DNA of 64,000 nt from the human T2T-CHM13v2.0 reference genome, Homo sapiens. Positions 39,009 to 54,026 of the stretch are shown piece by piece (the stretch's first letter is position 1; each line of letters starts with the position of its first letter). Location: NCBI RefSeq assembly GCF_009914755.1, contig NC_060929.1. The stretch is one strand, 5' to 3'. Below the pieces are notes generated by a model. It was not told the origin of the DNA, did no database searches, and was given only the letters and a program-made list of their open reading frames with translations. Made by a program: the position numbers and the translations under genes.

Positions 39009-42000
39009 AATACTTTCATTAAATAATTTTAAATATGTTCTCAGATAATAACCTCTGAGAATTTGAAAAGCTCTAAGATGGCAATTTTTTAGGGTTCTCT
39101 AATACAGAAAATTTGGGGAGTAATTCTAAAAATTCACACTTTGGGGGGTGTTTTCCATGTTTGTATTTTCTCAATCTCAGGGAACTTGCATTTCATATGT
39201 AAGACAAACACATTGAAAGCTATCCATCATAAAAGAGTTTTTCTCCAGTTGGAGAAAGTAGTGAAAATCCAAGAGAGAAGTAAAGTAGAATTTAGAGTTT
39301 GAAATTGCTTAGCTATTTGAAGACTGTCAGCTAATCTTGTGTCTTCAGAATATGGGGTGGGTATGAGAAGTAGTTACACATCTGGGAAGAAAAATTGAGA
39401 GCAAATTGTAAAGGGAATTTTTAGCACATTATTACACTTATTCTGTAGCTACAATTTGAGTAAATTAAAATTTTAAGAATTTGGAGTCCTGATCAGGACT
39501 ACTGTCTGGAAATATGCATTTGAAGCAGATATAAAATAAATGTTTGAGTTTATGTTTACTCAGCTTCCAAGGTAACTACCTTGGGGTAGATGTTCTAAAG
39601 AAATATGGGCACCTTTGTGATCAACAGCAGTAGATGTAAGTATATAAAGCTCTCAACCCTGTTAAAAAAAATTGGACTGCTGTGACTGGCAATCAGGTCC
39701 AATGGTTAATATTAAAGTATTATCACCAACACTATTGGTCCAATGCTTTCATTAAAAAAAATTATGACAATTATACTATACTGAAATGACATTTGTATAT
39801 AACATAACCTAATTCAATATATCATAGTATAAATTTTTAAAATATCCTGAAACATAGTATATTTAAATAATTGTAAGTGTCAGAGCGGGAGTGGAGTCAC
39901 TATGTATGTGAGACAGAAGTGAATCGGAGAGTAGCTGAGAAGCAGCTATTCAAAATTGAAGCATATTCAAAATTGAAGCAACACTATGACAGATCCCATG
40001 TAGTAAAGCAGCAGAATTAAAATGTAACTATGAACAAAATACCATAAAAATGTGTATGCACACGTTGACAAAATCAGCTTATTAACTGATATTGAGATGA
40101 AGCCAAACAAAATTGAGAATAAATTTATAAAATAATTTAATTTGGATCTGGTTATGTTTGTATTTGTACATGTAAAGAAAAATTACTTTTATAGCTAGAT
40201 CTATAGTCAGAATAATAGTAGAATTTTTGTTTCACGTTTTATAATAATCTGCAATTAGAAAAATTTAGATTCAGAATACAATTTCTAAGTTAGAGTAAAA
40301 GCTGTTATACAAGTGATAGAAAAAAATCCTAATTTATGAGAAATAGGAGACAAACAACTGCATTTATTTCTGAAGTTGATAATTCATTTTGAATTCCTTG
40401 ACTTCAGCTGCAGATATTCAAAGCTTTTTAGATTTATGCAACTGACAAATATTGGATGAGAAAGAGGATTAATAATAGAAGTAAATTTTTAAGAAAATGT
40501 TAGTAAAATGAATGACACTATAAACTTATAAAAGTTTTTGTTTATATGTATTTGATGAAATTAAGAGATTTAAATTTAAAAGTTGAAAATTGTAGTCCAA
40601 GTAAAGTGAATTCAAAGAAAACTTTAACATAAAACTGAGTAAATATATATTTAGAGTATCATTCTATTTCTAGCTCAAATAAAAGGATTTTAAAAGTTTA
40701 TATGGAAAACACAACACATGAAGCTGTTCTTCAGTGCTCACCAAGAAAGTGCAATTAGGAATAATGGGAGGAGATTTAGGGTAGTGCAATTAAGGTTACC
40801 TAAGAAGAAAACATTTTGTTGCTGAGAACTACTAGATTAGATTCTGGATTCTCACAGACAGAGCAGACACTTCCTCCCACGAGGAATGACTAGACATTAC
40901 ACAAAAGGGTTTATTAGAAATAGATTTTCTCTACTTGCAGGGAAATAGATTCAACGGTCTGATTCCCCCACTTATTTCCTTATATTCAATGAACCTAGGC
41001 CCGTAAGGTCTGATTTCCCACTTGCCTAAGTATTCAAAGAACTGAAAGAATTCTCAAATCTCTCATACTAAAGGATCATTGCTTTCTTCTCTATGTCTAC
41101 TCTTTCATGTACTGCAATATTATTTAAATACTTATTTGAATATTCTTTCTAAATATGAAGAGAGTATACGTCATATGAGATTTTAAAAGATAGCAAGATG
41201 AGTTGAAAATTCGACATTCTAAAGTTTTTTTTCAGTTGTATATTTTGTTAAATATTCAGTCATAAATTCTAGAATACTATTGATAACTTAAAACAACAAA
41301 AAAAGCTCTTCCAGAAAGGATGCTTTATTTTGTTGAATGCTATTATTTCTACTTATGGTTGTTAAAATGGAAGCCATCTTTACAGTGTGAGGTAAGTAAC
41401 CATGAGAATAAGTTAACACGTGGTATGAAAGACCAGAGAGATGAAAAGAAATAAGACTGCTTTTTAAGTTAATTACTAACTTATGTACTTGAAAGTTTTC
41501 TGCTAGTTGAAATCTAAGACAATCTAACTAAATACATTGTTTTACTATTTTCCAGCAATGATATACATGCAGAAACCATTTTTTTTCAGAATTTGAAATT
41601 AGAAACTTGCCAAAAATTTACTTAAAACTTTAAAGGGAACATAGAAGGGTTATTACACAAAGAAAAATATCTATGTCATTATGTTTATTCACAAAATATT
41701 ATAGTTAAAATTATAAGTCATTTGAGAAATTACTGTGAGCTGATAGTAAGCTTACATTCTTTTTCAAACCATGGTTAGTAATTCCCTTAAAAAAATTTTA
41801 ATGTTCTGAAATTTGTCTATTTGTATGTTATTTACAATCATACCTTAATGTCTTTGATCATGTAAAAATAATAATAGCATGTTCCTGAACACATGATTAA
41901 ATACCTTTTAATATAATGCTAGTATACAATTTCAATTGTTTTATTTATTTTGTTGTTTCCTGTTTCTGTTTATGGTTAAGATTGAGGCTGAGTAATTTTA

Positions 42001-44046
42001 TTTTAGTTGTATCAAGCTAATTAGGATATAGGGATTGAGGCGAAAACATATTTAAAATTCTAGGCTTAAATTTTTATTAAGCAGGAATTACAGAACTTTC
42101 TAAGAGGAGAAATTGAGTTCCATAATCATTAGATTTAAGTATCATAAGAAGCAGGCTTAGCTGTAAAGATTCTAACTATGTTCAGAAGAGTAAATTAAAA
42201 TAATAATCCCAGATAATTTTTGAATCTGCTTAATACATACTATAAGATACTTTTGTAAAATATTATAATTTTCATTTTATCAAACAAGTTCTAAGTTAAT
42301 AATAGTTTTGAAGCCCCCTCCAGCCCAGAATTTACAGAATTCCCAGGGAAAAATTACTATGTTGAGCTGCCTATGTACTTGGCTATCTTAGACAACTAGA
42401 CTATGATTTCTTTTATTAAATTATGCTTTTCTCTTATTCACTTTTGAATAGTTAATAAATAGATGCATTAAGACATAAATTGCACTGGGCATTTTACAAC
42501 TGAATCAATATTTGCTAACATGGGTTAAATAAAATTTCAGAGTTTTAATGGCCTTTTATTGACTTCAACAATAGTATAATATTGTTTTTAAATTTTGTAT
42601 AATGTATAATTTCCATCATCAAAGACAAAGGAATCTGCTTCTTAAGTTTAGATAAACTTTTATCTGATCACTATTGTTAAAATCCTATAATAAAATACCA
42701 AATGAGAATTTAAAAAATCTTAATATTAATATTAAGCTTCTATAGAGTTATCAACTATTTAATATTTATAAATGTTTATTGATACCTTCCAAAATTTTTA
42801 AATTAAAAATACTTTTATATATATATTTCATCAATAAAAACATAAGTGACCCTAATTTTGCAATTTAAGTTGAGTCATGAGAAGCATCCTTGAAACTAGG
42901 GTAGATATCATTTCCATTGGCAAAACAGGTATGAAGGAACAGAAAAAGAAAATTTTCAGTGGAATAAGTAATGCTGACACTTTCTGTAGGAAGAATGATA
43001 AAGAATTTTAAAAGATATTTTGGATTTCTCAACTTGAAGTTATAGGTGGCCTTCAGGAAACAGACTCAGCATAGGCGGCATATGAAAAATTCAGTATTAT
43101 AGTTCATAAATATGGATGGAGAGGAATAAAAGGTGAAGCAAGTATATACATATGTTTCCAAAAACTAGCGGTGAGTGAAAGGGAAAGAATCTATTCTCTT
43201 TCTTTCTTTACATCTATTCTGTAAGAACTTTGACTTCATTAATAGCTCCATTCTATCTTCTTTTCCTTCGGTCTGTCTTGTAGCTTCAGCATTTTTCTCT
43301 AAGCAAACCAACTCTAAATGTGCTAGATTGAAATGACCATCTTGAAATTATTCTCACTGCATTGTTTTTTACCCTATCCCTCACCTCTTGACACTTTATC
43401 TCTGCTCAATCTAGCGATATGTCTTGTCTTCTTCATTCAGAGTGGTAAGCATCAATAAAGGAGAACATAGCATGGTAAGATTTATTAGGACCCAGGAATT
43501 AGAAACTTTAGAGGAGCTAACTGCACCTCTTAGGAATAGAATTTGCTCCTTATCAACTCCAAAAGTCCTGCCTCTTATCAAACACTGTATCCCAGTTCTG
43601 CAGACTTTTCTATCAGTAAATGACTGAGCTTCCTATTTCACAGCAGAAATTGGGCTTGTCAACAAGGCAATGTTCCACCTTCCCATTTTGCCATAACTAC
43701 TGAGGGCCTACTTTTCTCCAGGGCCTACTTTTCTCCAGGGTCTTGGTACAGAAATGTAAAGACCCTAGCCTAAAGCAATGTATGTGCAAATAGGAGAGAC
43801 GGACAATGTAATTACAATAGAGTGGTGTGTAAGTTATATTGGTATATGCCGAAGTGCTTCAGAGACCTTTTACTTACCTGTATTCAGTAGACTAAACCTG
43901 ACCTAGATCTTTAGGCCAAACTGGAGTGGCACAGGTTAGTACCAAGTGAAAAGTAATTCTAAACAGAGGGAGCAGCCTGAGTAGGTGTCAGAGACAGCAC
44001 TTATCGTGGAATCATGGAGACGTCGAAGATTTGTTTTTCTCTAATA

Positions 44047-45421
44047 GCCAGTGATGATGAGCTTTTTCTCATATGTTTGTTGGCTGCATAAATGTCTTCT
44101 TTTGAGAAGTGTCTGTTCATATCCTTTGCCCACTTTTTGATGGGGTTGTTTGATTTTCTCTTGTAAATTTGTTTAAGTTCTTTGTGGATTCTGGATATTA
44201 GAACTTTGTCAGATGGACAGATTGAAAAAACTGTCTCCCACTCCGTAGGTTGCCTGTTCACTCTGATGACAGTTTATTTTGCTGTGCAGAAGCTTTTTAG
44301 TTTAATTAGATCCCATTTGTTTATTTTGGCTTTTGTTGCAATTGGTTTTGATGTTTCAGTCATGAAGTCTTTGCCCATGCCTATGTCCTGAATGATATTG
44401 CCCAGGTTTTCTTCTGGGGTTTTTACGGTCTTAGGTCTTAGGTTTAAGTCTTTAATCCATCTTGAGTTAACTTTTTTATAAAGTGTAAAGAAGGTGTCCA
44501 GTTTCAGTTTTCTGTATATGGCTAGCCAGTTTTCCCAACACCATTTATTAAATAGGGAATGCTTTCTCCATTGCTTGTTTTTGTCAAGTTTGTCAAAAAT
44601 CAGATGGTTGTAGATGTTTGGTGTATTTCTGAGGCTTCTGTTCCATACCATTGGTCTGTATATCTGTTTTGGTACTGGTGCCATGCTGTTTTGGTTACTG
44701 TAGCCTTGTAGTATAGTTTGAAGTCAGGTAGCATGATGTCTCCAGCTTTGTTCTTTTGGCTTAGGATTGTCTTGGCTATGTGGGCTCTTTTTGGGTTCCA
44801 TATGAAATTTAAAGTAGTTTTTTTTTTTCTAATTCTGTGAAGAAAGTCAATGGTAGCTTGATGGGGATAGCATTGAATCTATAAATTACTTTGGGCACTA
44901 TGGCCATTTTCATGATATTGATTCTTTCTATCCATGAGCATGGAATGTTTTCCCATTAGTTTGTGTCCTCTCTTATTTCCTTGAGCAGTGGTTTGTAGTT
45001 CTCCTTGAAGAGGTCCTTCACATCCCTTGTAAGTTGTATTCCTAGGTATTTTATTCTATTTGTAGCAATTGTGAATGGAAATTCACTCACAATTTGGCTC
45101 TCTGTTTGTTTATTATTGGTGTATAGGAATGCTTGTGATTTTTGCAAGTTGATTTTGTATCCTGAGACTTTGCTAAAGTTGCTTATCAGCTTAAGGAGAT
45201 TTTGGGCTGAGACACTGGGGTTTTCTAAATACGCAGTCATGTCTCCTGCAAACAGAAACAATTTGACTTCCTCTTTTCTTATTTGAATACACTTTATTTC
45301 TTTCTCTTGCCTGATTGCCCTGGCCAGAAATTCTAATACTATGTTGAATAGGAGTGGTGAGAGAGGGCATCCTTGTCTTGTGCCAGTTTTCAAAGGGAAT
45401 GCTTCCAGTTTTTTCCCATTT
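44047..45421 (-). mobile_element. L1PA ORF2 internal fragment (RT to C-terminal region), lacking 3'UTR and poly(A)
   Basis: ORFs 44956-45393 ([20 protein letters not shown]...IKYLGIQLT), 44274-44684 and 44001-44261 are L1 ORF2 pieces. Confidence 0.95.
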
Positions 45422-45779
45422 GTTTATTAAAAACATTTGTTTTTGACCAGTGGTAGGGGCTATAAGAACTGAGAGATGGTTACAAAGGCGTGAAGACAAA
45501 TATGAGAAAGTATTATAGAAATAATGACTTTTTACATTTAGGAGAACAAATGAAAGGTAGAAAAGTCAAATAATAAACAAGAAAATGTCCCTTTGGATTT
45601 ATCTACCAAGAGCCATTGATTGATTTGGCAATAAGATACCAGTGTGGCCACCATAAATGCACAGGGCAGATTACCTGGAATGAGAAAGAATAGCATATAA
45701 GGAGCCGTCAAGTCTTTCAAGAAGCTTGGTTGACAAAATAAGAACCAGGTAAAGAATAGCAGCTAGATGGGAATTGGAA

Positions 45780-46226
45780 TGGGACATATTTGTCTACCTT
45801 TCTCCTTTCAGTTAAGGAGCCACATTTTCCTCCATCCCATGTGTTACAGGTATGCTAGTCAGATGGGGACTCATGTAGCCCAAGTAAGTCAAGGGGTTTT
45901 TTAGGGAATTCTTTGGCTTTGTGGCAAATTAACAATTTTTAATGTAGTTAGATACTACAAGAACTGGATTTCTCTGACTCTTCCAAAATCTGTCTTCTCA
46001 TTCCTGTGGGGAGAGACCACAGATACAAAGGAAACACATAGACAATAAAGATTAAGAGAAAACAGAAGACAAATTTTCAACATTGGGGTTATAGCACCTG
46101 ACATCTAACAGAACCCAAATGCAAAACGCTCTCTAAAATTCAGTTTGTGAGCCAACAAATTTACATCATGATTCAACTGGCTGAATTGCATTTCTGTTAT
46201 ATGGAACTAAAAGGTTCCTGATAAAA
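45780..46226 (+). mobile_element. Old MLT1 (K/L-like) LTR
   Basis: 3' text cagtttgtgagccaacaaattt...tgaattgcatttctgtta...aactaaaaggttcctgat. Confidence 0.6.
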
Positions 46227-46879
46227 GTAGGTGTTTACATTCCAATGAAAAAAGTTGTAAACGGTTAAGAAAAACTCTCCTTCTGTTCAAAACTAAATAT
46301 TTCACTTCTGCCAGACTCCTTTTATATTCTACCTTCTGAGTGAGTCTGAACCACCAGTGTTTCTCTTCATTTGTTCCCATTTTAATTTTACTCTTGTAAT
46401 AGTTCCACTGAAATACAGCACACATAAAGGGAACAAAACATAAAAGTACAACTCAATAACTTTCCACAGTGTGAACAACCACATAACCTCCTTTTTTACA
46501 CAAAAGTAACCACCATGCTGATTTCTCACCATATATTTTATTTTGCCCTTTTTTTGAACTTTTTATAAATAGAATCATAAAGTGTGCATCCTTTATGTCT
46601 GAGTAGTTATTAGAGACCCAGGTATTTGGGGTAATCCACTTCCTAGTTTCCATGACTTTGGGATAATGCTGGCCAGTGGGTTGTGATCAGAATATCATTT
46701 TTGAGAAGAGCCTTTACATAGACAGCGTAAGACATGCCAGGGCTTTTATTTATTTATTTATTTTTGTCATGGACCTGTGAGTTTCACTTAGTGAGCACAT
46801 GAAATAAACCTTTGGTAAACTAATGAGTTACAGAGTTATTTGTTATTGCAACATAATGATATTTTCTAATAGAAGCATC

Positions 46880-48100
46880 CATACTTGTAACCTGGCTACA
46901 CCACTTGTGTTTAATTAATGATTGTATGGTATATCTCTTCCCATACTTTTATTTCAAACTTACTATATTCTATTAACTTATGTTTCATCTTTAAGACACA
47001 TATTAATGGGTTCATTTTTAAAAAATTGAATCTGACAAATAGACCTTGTTTGAAAGTCAATTTCCACTTAAAGAATTTAATGATATAATTGGTTTTGAAA
47101 ATAATTTTTCTTTATGTTTTCCAATTGCTTTTTTTTAAACAAGGTGTTTTTATATTCTCACTTTGTTTTTACTTTCAATTATATTTTAATACTTTATTTT
47201 GTGTCTCTATTAGTTTATTAATTTATAATTGCAAAACCTACCCTTTACTGGTTGCATTAGACAGTAGGACATGCACATTTGTTTTATTAAAGATTATGCT
47301 AAATTGATGAAATTTCATCTGAAGTCTGTTTTTCATATTGAAGAACATCAGCAAGTCTGAGGCGGACAAAATGATTCCATTTTTTTTTTCCCAAAATATC
47401 TTAACTTCTCCTTCATTTTTAAGTCACATTTTCAGAGAATGTAGTAGTAGTCACTTTCTCTCAATATTTTAAAAATATTCTATTGCCTCCTATTCCAATG
47501 TTTCTGTTGAGAGGTGAGCTGTGGGCTAAAGAAGCTCATGGGTTTTTCTATGGCTGCTTTTAAGATTTTATTTTTTATGTGGCTTTTAGAAATTGAACTA
47601 TAATTCAATAGACAGAGAGATAGATAGATAAAGAATTTATTGAATTTTTTGAAAATATGGGTTGCTTTCTTTCATCAGCTATGGAAAATTCTCAGCAATT
47701 ATCTCTTTAAATATAGCTTCTATTCTATTTTCTTTTTTGGCTTCTTTTTGCAATGCACATAAACATATTTTCACCTTCTGAGTGTATGCTCTGTGTCTTT
47801 TCTACATGTTCTGGTATCGTGTGTCATGTACTTTCATCATGGTTTATATTTACTCTTTACTGGAATATGTTCCAGATTTTTAATTCTCTCTTTGGCTGTT
47901 TTTTGGTTGATTTTTTGTTTTTATCTGCCTTTAAACCTATCTAGTGCATTCTTACTTTCAGTTTTTGCGTATTTCTGTACTAAAATTGCCTTGTTGTCAT
48001 TTCTCATTATTTGTAGTTTCTTTGAAAAATCTCTACCTAGCATTTTATTTTATTCAACATATGTAACATTGCACTTTTAAGATCGATGTTTTAAATTCCA
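46880..48100 (-). mobile_element. Old L1M ORF1/inter-ORF relic
   Basis: T-rich; tattctattgcctcct...tttctgttgagaggtgagctg...ggctgcttttaagatttt...ggaaaattctcagcaattatctctttaaata. Confidence 0.65.
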
Positions 48101-48106
48101 TATTTT

Positions 48107-48405
48107 GGCCTGGCACAATGTCTCAGACATGTAATCCCGGCATTTTGGGAGGCCAAGGTGAGCAAACGGCATGAGCTCAGAAGTTCGAGACCAGCCTAGG
48201 CAACATAGTGAAACTCTATCTCTATGAAAAATAAAAAATTAGCCAGCTGTGGTGCTGCACCTGTAGTCCCAGCTACTCAGTAGGCTGAGGTCGGAGGATC
48301 ACTTGAGCCCAGGAGGCAGCGGTTACGGTGAGCCAGGGTCACTCCACTCCACTCCAGTATGGGAAACAGTGAGACTCTGTCTCAAAAAATAAATAAATAC
48401 ATAAA
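48107..48405 (+). mobile_element. AluJ
   Basis: gagctcagaagttcgagaccagcctaggcaacatagtga...ggaggatcacttgagcccagg; (AAAT)n tail. Confidence 0.92.
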
Positions 48406-48469
48406 TATATTTCGTGTTTTGACTCACTCTCAGGTATACTTCTATTTCCTATTGTTTCTCTTGATTTTA

Positions 48470-50500
48470 AGGTAAACTTTATTAAGATGTGACTTACATA
48501 CTATCATATTTTTTCAACTAAGTACACAAAGATACTTTTTGACAAATGTATTTAATCATGTAACCACCACCACACACACCAAAAATAACACTTTCACCAT
48601 ACTGATAAAAAGTTCTCTCAGTACCCTTTTCTGTCAATTTTTCTCCCTCTTGTCAAAAACTTACCTGTTTATAGTCATGTAATTTTGCATATTCTGTGAT
48701 TTCATATAAATAGAATCCTGGAGTATCTAGCATTTTGCTTCTGGTTTCTCTGACTTATTACAGGGGGTTTGATATTCATCCATGTTGTTGGATTCACCCA
48801 TAGTCTGCTTGTTTTAAATATTGAATAGTCAATACTTGTATATCTGTCCTACAGTTTGTATGCTAATTCATCAGTTTATGAATAATTGTGTTGTTTCTAA
48901 TTTGAGCTATGTATTAGTTTGCTATGACTGCCATGACAGAATACCACAGACTGAATGGCTTAAACCAAAAATATTTATTTTCTCACAGTTCTGAAAGCAG
49001 GAAGGCCAAGATAATGGTCCTGGCGGAGTTGATTTCTGGTGATGTTTCTCTTCTTGGCTTACAGAGCGCCCTTTTCTTGCTGTACACACATGGCCTTTTG
49101 TCTGTGTGCATACTTCTGGTATCTCCTCCTCTTCTTATAAGGATACCTGTCCTGTTAAATTAGGGCCCCACTTAAAACTTCATTTAACTCTAATTGCCCC
49201 TTTAAAAATGCTGTATCCAAATTGATTCACATTATGGGTTACAGCTTTAACAAATAAATTTTGGAATGAATAATTCTGTCCATAACAAGCTATTATGAAT
49301 AAAACTGATAATAACTTTTCATATAAGTATTTGTGAAAACATATCTTTTCATTGCTGTTGAATAAATATCTAGAAGTAGAATTCCTGTATCATAATATAA
49401 AGGTAGATTTAACCTTATAAGCAATAGTTTCAGTGATTTACAGAGTGGCTATATCATTTCCACACAGCCATGAGAACGAATGAGAATTTTAGGTGCCCCA
49501 AAATGCCAATACTTAGTATATCAGGTTTTCTAAATTAATCATTATGATGAGTATATAGTGGTTTAATTTCATTGTTTCTAATGATTTCTGAGCTTCTTGT
49601 CTATCTATTTACTTTCCTTTTTTGTGCGATGTCCACATTTATTGTCGTATTATCAAATTGTTTATCTTTTTGTTATCGAGTGGTAATTACTTTTAATATT
49701 CTGAATACAAGTTGTTTATAGACAAAATATATGTAAATATTTTCTCCCTCTATATTGCCTGCCTTTTTAAACAGTGCGTCAGAAAGCAATAATTATTATT
49801 ATTTTGATGAATTTTAATGTAACGTTTAAAAAATTTTATTCCTCCTGTTTTTGTGCCCAGTTTAAGCTATCTTTGCTTATCTCAAGTCCTGAAACATTTT
49901 TTCTCATTTTATATTTTTCTTCAGAAGTTTTATATTTTAAGATGTTATGTTTGTATGCATTATCTATTTCAATTAAATGTTTGTATATCACATAGAAGAA
50001 CTTGAGTTTTTTTTAAATATAGGTACCCAATTTTTCCAGTACTGCCTTTAAAAACACTTTCACTTTTTTATTGAAGTATCTTCACATTTGTTGAAAGACA
50101 GTTGAACATATATGTGTGTATCAATTTCTAGAAGTTTGGTTGTGTTCCATTTATCATTTATATATCTCTTGCCAATATCACACTGTCTGGATTATTGTAG
50201 TTTTAGAGTAAGAGTGAAATCTGGTAGAATGAATATTCTAACACAGTTGTTCTTTTTCAAGTTTGTTTTAGCTATTCTACTTACTTTGCATTTCCATGTA
50301 CATTTTAAAATTAACTTACCAATTTCTGTAAATTAGCCAGCTAGGGCTATAAATGGGGCTGTGTTGAATCTGTAGTTCAATATGAGAAGATTTGAAGTCT
50401 TGATATAACTGATTACTCTAATGCAAAAGCATCAGATATTGTTCCATTTAGTTATGATTCGTAATGTATCAGTGATAGGTTATGGTTTTCACCTTACAAG
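48470..50500 (-). mobile_element. L1ME/MD-type 3' portion, split by MLT1A0
   Basis: aactttattaagatgtgacttacata...atttcatataaatagaatc...catccatgttgttg...tcacactgtctggattattgtagtttta. Confidence 0.75.
48910..49287 (-). mobile_element. MLT1A0-like MaLR solo LTR
   Basis: tgtattagtttgct...cataaca; perfect TSD agcta (48905-48909 / 49288-49292). Confidence 0.92.
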
Positions 50501-53389
50501 TATTGATTCAAACACTCATCGTGGAAAAGTTTTATATATGATATAACATTTTTACCCAAAAGACCCTGATTTTAATTATAAAGTTTTAGATACAGTATCC
50601 CATTGAGTGTAATGCATGAGAGACATTAACCAAAAATATATTGTAAAATCCTAAAAATTAAAAAAATACAATATAAAATTCAGTGTATTTCAAGTTGTCT
50701 CTAACATAAATGAATTTGACCACCTAAAACTTGTTTCTTCCCCATCCTAACATCGTATGACCTTTTCCTTAGCTGTGTAACCTTATAAAAGATGGATTAC
50801 CATTCCTCCACCCAATTTCTCTGAAGAAACAAGGACAAACATCTTTTTATATTCTAATTTTATTGATTATCTCTTTTTATTTAGGGCTCTTTCAGTGTCT
50901 TTATTTTCAACATACTGGATTGGTTCAAGAAACAATGATTTAGATGATTATATACATAAACCAACAGAATACTAACAAAGTTAAGACAGCCAAAGTTAAC
51001 TTTTATACTTGAAGGTAACAGTTCACAATTGCAAGCGGTTAGGTTTTAGCAATCATAAATACACGCCTCAATATAAAATTGTAAAATAATAATGCCCTAA
51101 TGCTATGCAAAGAATATTATAAATAAGATTTTCAGAGATATACAGTTTCTTTAAGAACTTAGGTGGTAATAAAGATTACATGCCTTAGAAAAATATTTCA
51201 CAATGTAAAAGTTAGCTCTCGTAATAAAAAAGACAGTGCCAAAAATTAATGTAAAAAGTTTGTGTAAAATGTTTATATGAAATGTAAAAATAGATAAAAA
51301 TAATATTGCCAAATTATTTATAGTTCCATATACATAATGTGCATAGATATATCTAAATTAAAAAATAAATTGTTATAGACATTTGTCCTATTAATCCATT
51401 TTCCAAAATTTGCATAATCTAATTGGGAAAATGGAAAATCAACTGTATTCTTCTATAGTAATCTTATATTCCATAATACATATTTAATATATTTCTATGC
51501 TTAAATACAACATTTATTTAAAACATCTCATATCGCTTAATAATGTACAAAAAGTATACTGGAATTTTATCAATTAAATGCTTGTTTTTATACGGAGTAA
51601 CAATTCTCACTATATCCAACTAGAATTTTTGTTTCCTCCATCAATAACTAAAATTAAGAAAGACAAGGAAAAAGGCAAAAAATGTGGCTGTCTGATTAGT
51701 AATACGTAAACAAACATTCATCAAGATCTCTGACTGTCCTGGAAAAAAAGTGTGATACGTTAACAATCTTCTTTCTGTAAATCATAGTGGACATATAATG
51801 TATCGGTGTTTCACTCAGCGTTTCATTTTTGGTGTCAAAATTTCTATTTCTTTAGCTTACTTGGGAGATTCTTTATGGAGTGAAGCTCATTAATTCTGCG
51901 ATTTTTAAACACCTACTAAAATATAATATAAATGGATACTTTCCATAAGGAAAGCATTTTCAGAGCAAATACTCTCAAGGCTATAGCTATATTTGTTCCA
52001 TTTTGGGCCTCATTATGAAATTCATGACTTCTCTCTTCAGGAGGCCAAATGCCCTCTAACACATCAAAATTAATCAGACATACATGTTTGATTAGTTCCA
52101 CCGCCACAGCTGCAGGACATCCACCTTGCCACTGCACAGTTTGTCTTTTAATCCTTTCTGCGCTGTGACCTCACTTTTCCCTTTTGGGGAGTCTGAAATA
52201 ACAACACTCTTAACTGAGGCCTCTAAAAAAGCAAAAAAAAAAAAAATTCATTGTGGCTTTAGCATTATTACATTAAAAATTATTTTTAATCTGACTCATT
52301 TTATAATGTATAATAGCTCTGCTAGCTTTTCAAGATTTAAGTACACTGAATTGTATTCCTAAACAAAAAACTGCAAAAAAAGTTTTAAAAAATGTTTTTG
52401 TTCTTTTTTGCAGTGCTGATTTGATGTGACAAACTATGACATCGATGTCTCTTCTTTGTATACATTGTGAATATTTCTGTTTTGGTTAGATCTTAATTAC
52501 AGTGCACACGCATCTGACATCGCATCTCTATTTCCTGAGAACTGTAATTTTGCTGTTCACTTTTTGCGAGATTTTCTTCTGTTTATTTGTGTGTTCCCTG
52601 TCCTTTGTTATAAACTGCTACTGCTTGGTTTGTTCTGGACATCCGTGCCCTCATTTTTTATGATTTAATAGATGTCGTCCACTTAGTGTTTGAATCTTCA
52701 GGGACTTTGTGTGTTGTTTTAACACAAGATGATGAACAACCTCTGGGACACCATGAAAACCTAACCCTTTTTATGTCTCCATTCCCAGAGAGCTATTTTT
52801 CACTTTTCTTTTAAATCACAATTCTGTTTTTATTAATCCGTAACCAAAAATATGCAGAAGCATCATACGGATGTCTAACAATGACAAATGAATGGATTAT
52901 TACTATTTTGATGCCAATCACATATCTTGTGACTCTTTTTCTTTTTTGAGAGAGAGAGAGATTTGGCCAACATTTAATATTTATGCAGCAACAAGGACAT
53001 TTTTCATTTATATATATACGTATATATATAAAATACATATTTATAAATGGTAATCACATATAACTATTCAGAAATGAACACACTCACATTAAATAGAGCA
53101 ACATAATTATTTTAAATCGGCATGCTAATTAGCAATAGATAATGTGACATTTTTGACTGCTTATCAATATGTGTCTTTTTTTATGGTTTCTTTATAAAAG
53201 TTCCAACACCTCTATCTTTCTCTTATTGCGTATCTTACAAAATGTGGAACAATTTGCAGAATATTAATATCATGTCTTAAGTATTGCCTTAAATGGTTTG
53301 TGGGATATTACTTGATATTCACCTTCTTGATAGATAAGATTCATCATTGGCAGCAAATAATTAAAGGTAAAAAAAAATGCCTAAGATTA

Positions 53390-53787
<398 letters not shown>

Positions 53788-54026
53788 TTAATGAACAGTC
53801 AACATGGCCTTCTTGTATAGAAGTGGCACAGTTGTCGCCTTAGAAGAATCAGGAATTCCTCCCTGCATTCAGGGAGGAGCATGTTCGCTTGTTGTGTTTG
53901 TTTCACTATTTGACTCAAATATTACAATTACTACAGTAATTAAGACTAATTATCTCAAGTCCAATTACATCGACAGCATAAATTTTTACCTCATACAGTC
54001 CAGTTTCAGTATTGAAAATAAAATCA

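Noticed and set aside
41340-41400. Donor-like GAG|GTAAGT at ~41389-41397
   Set aside because: No convincing upstream acceptor or reading frame; such motifs occur by chance.
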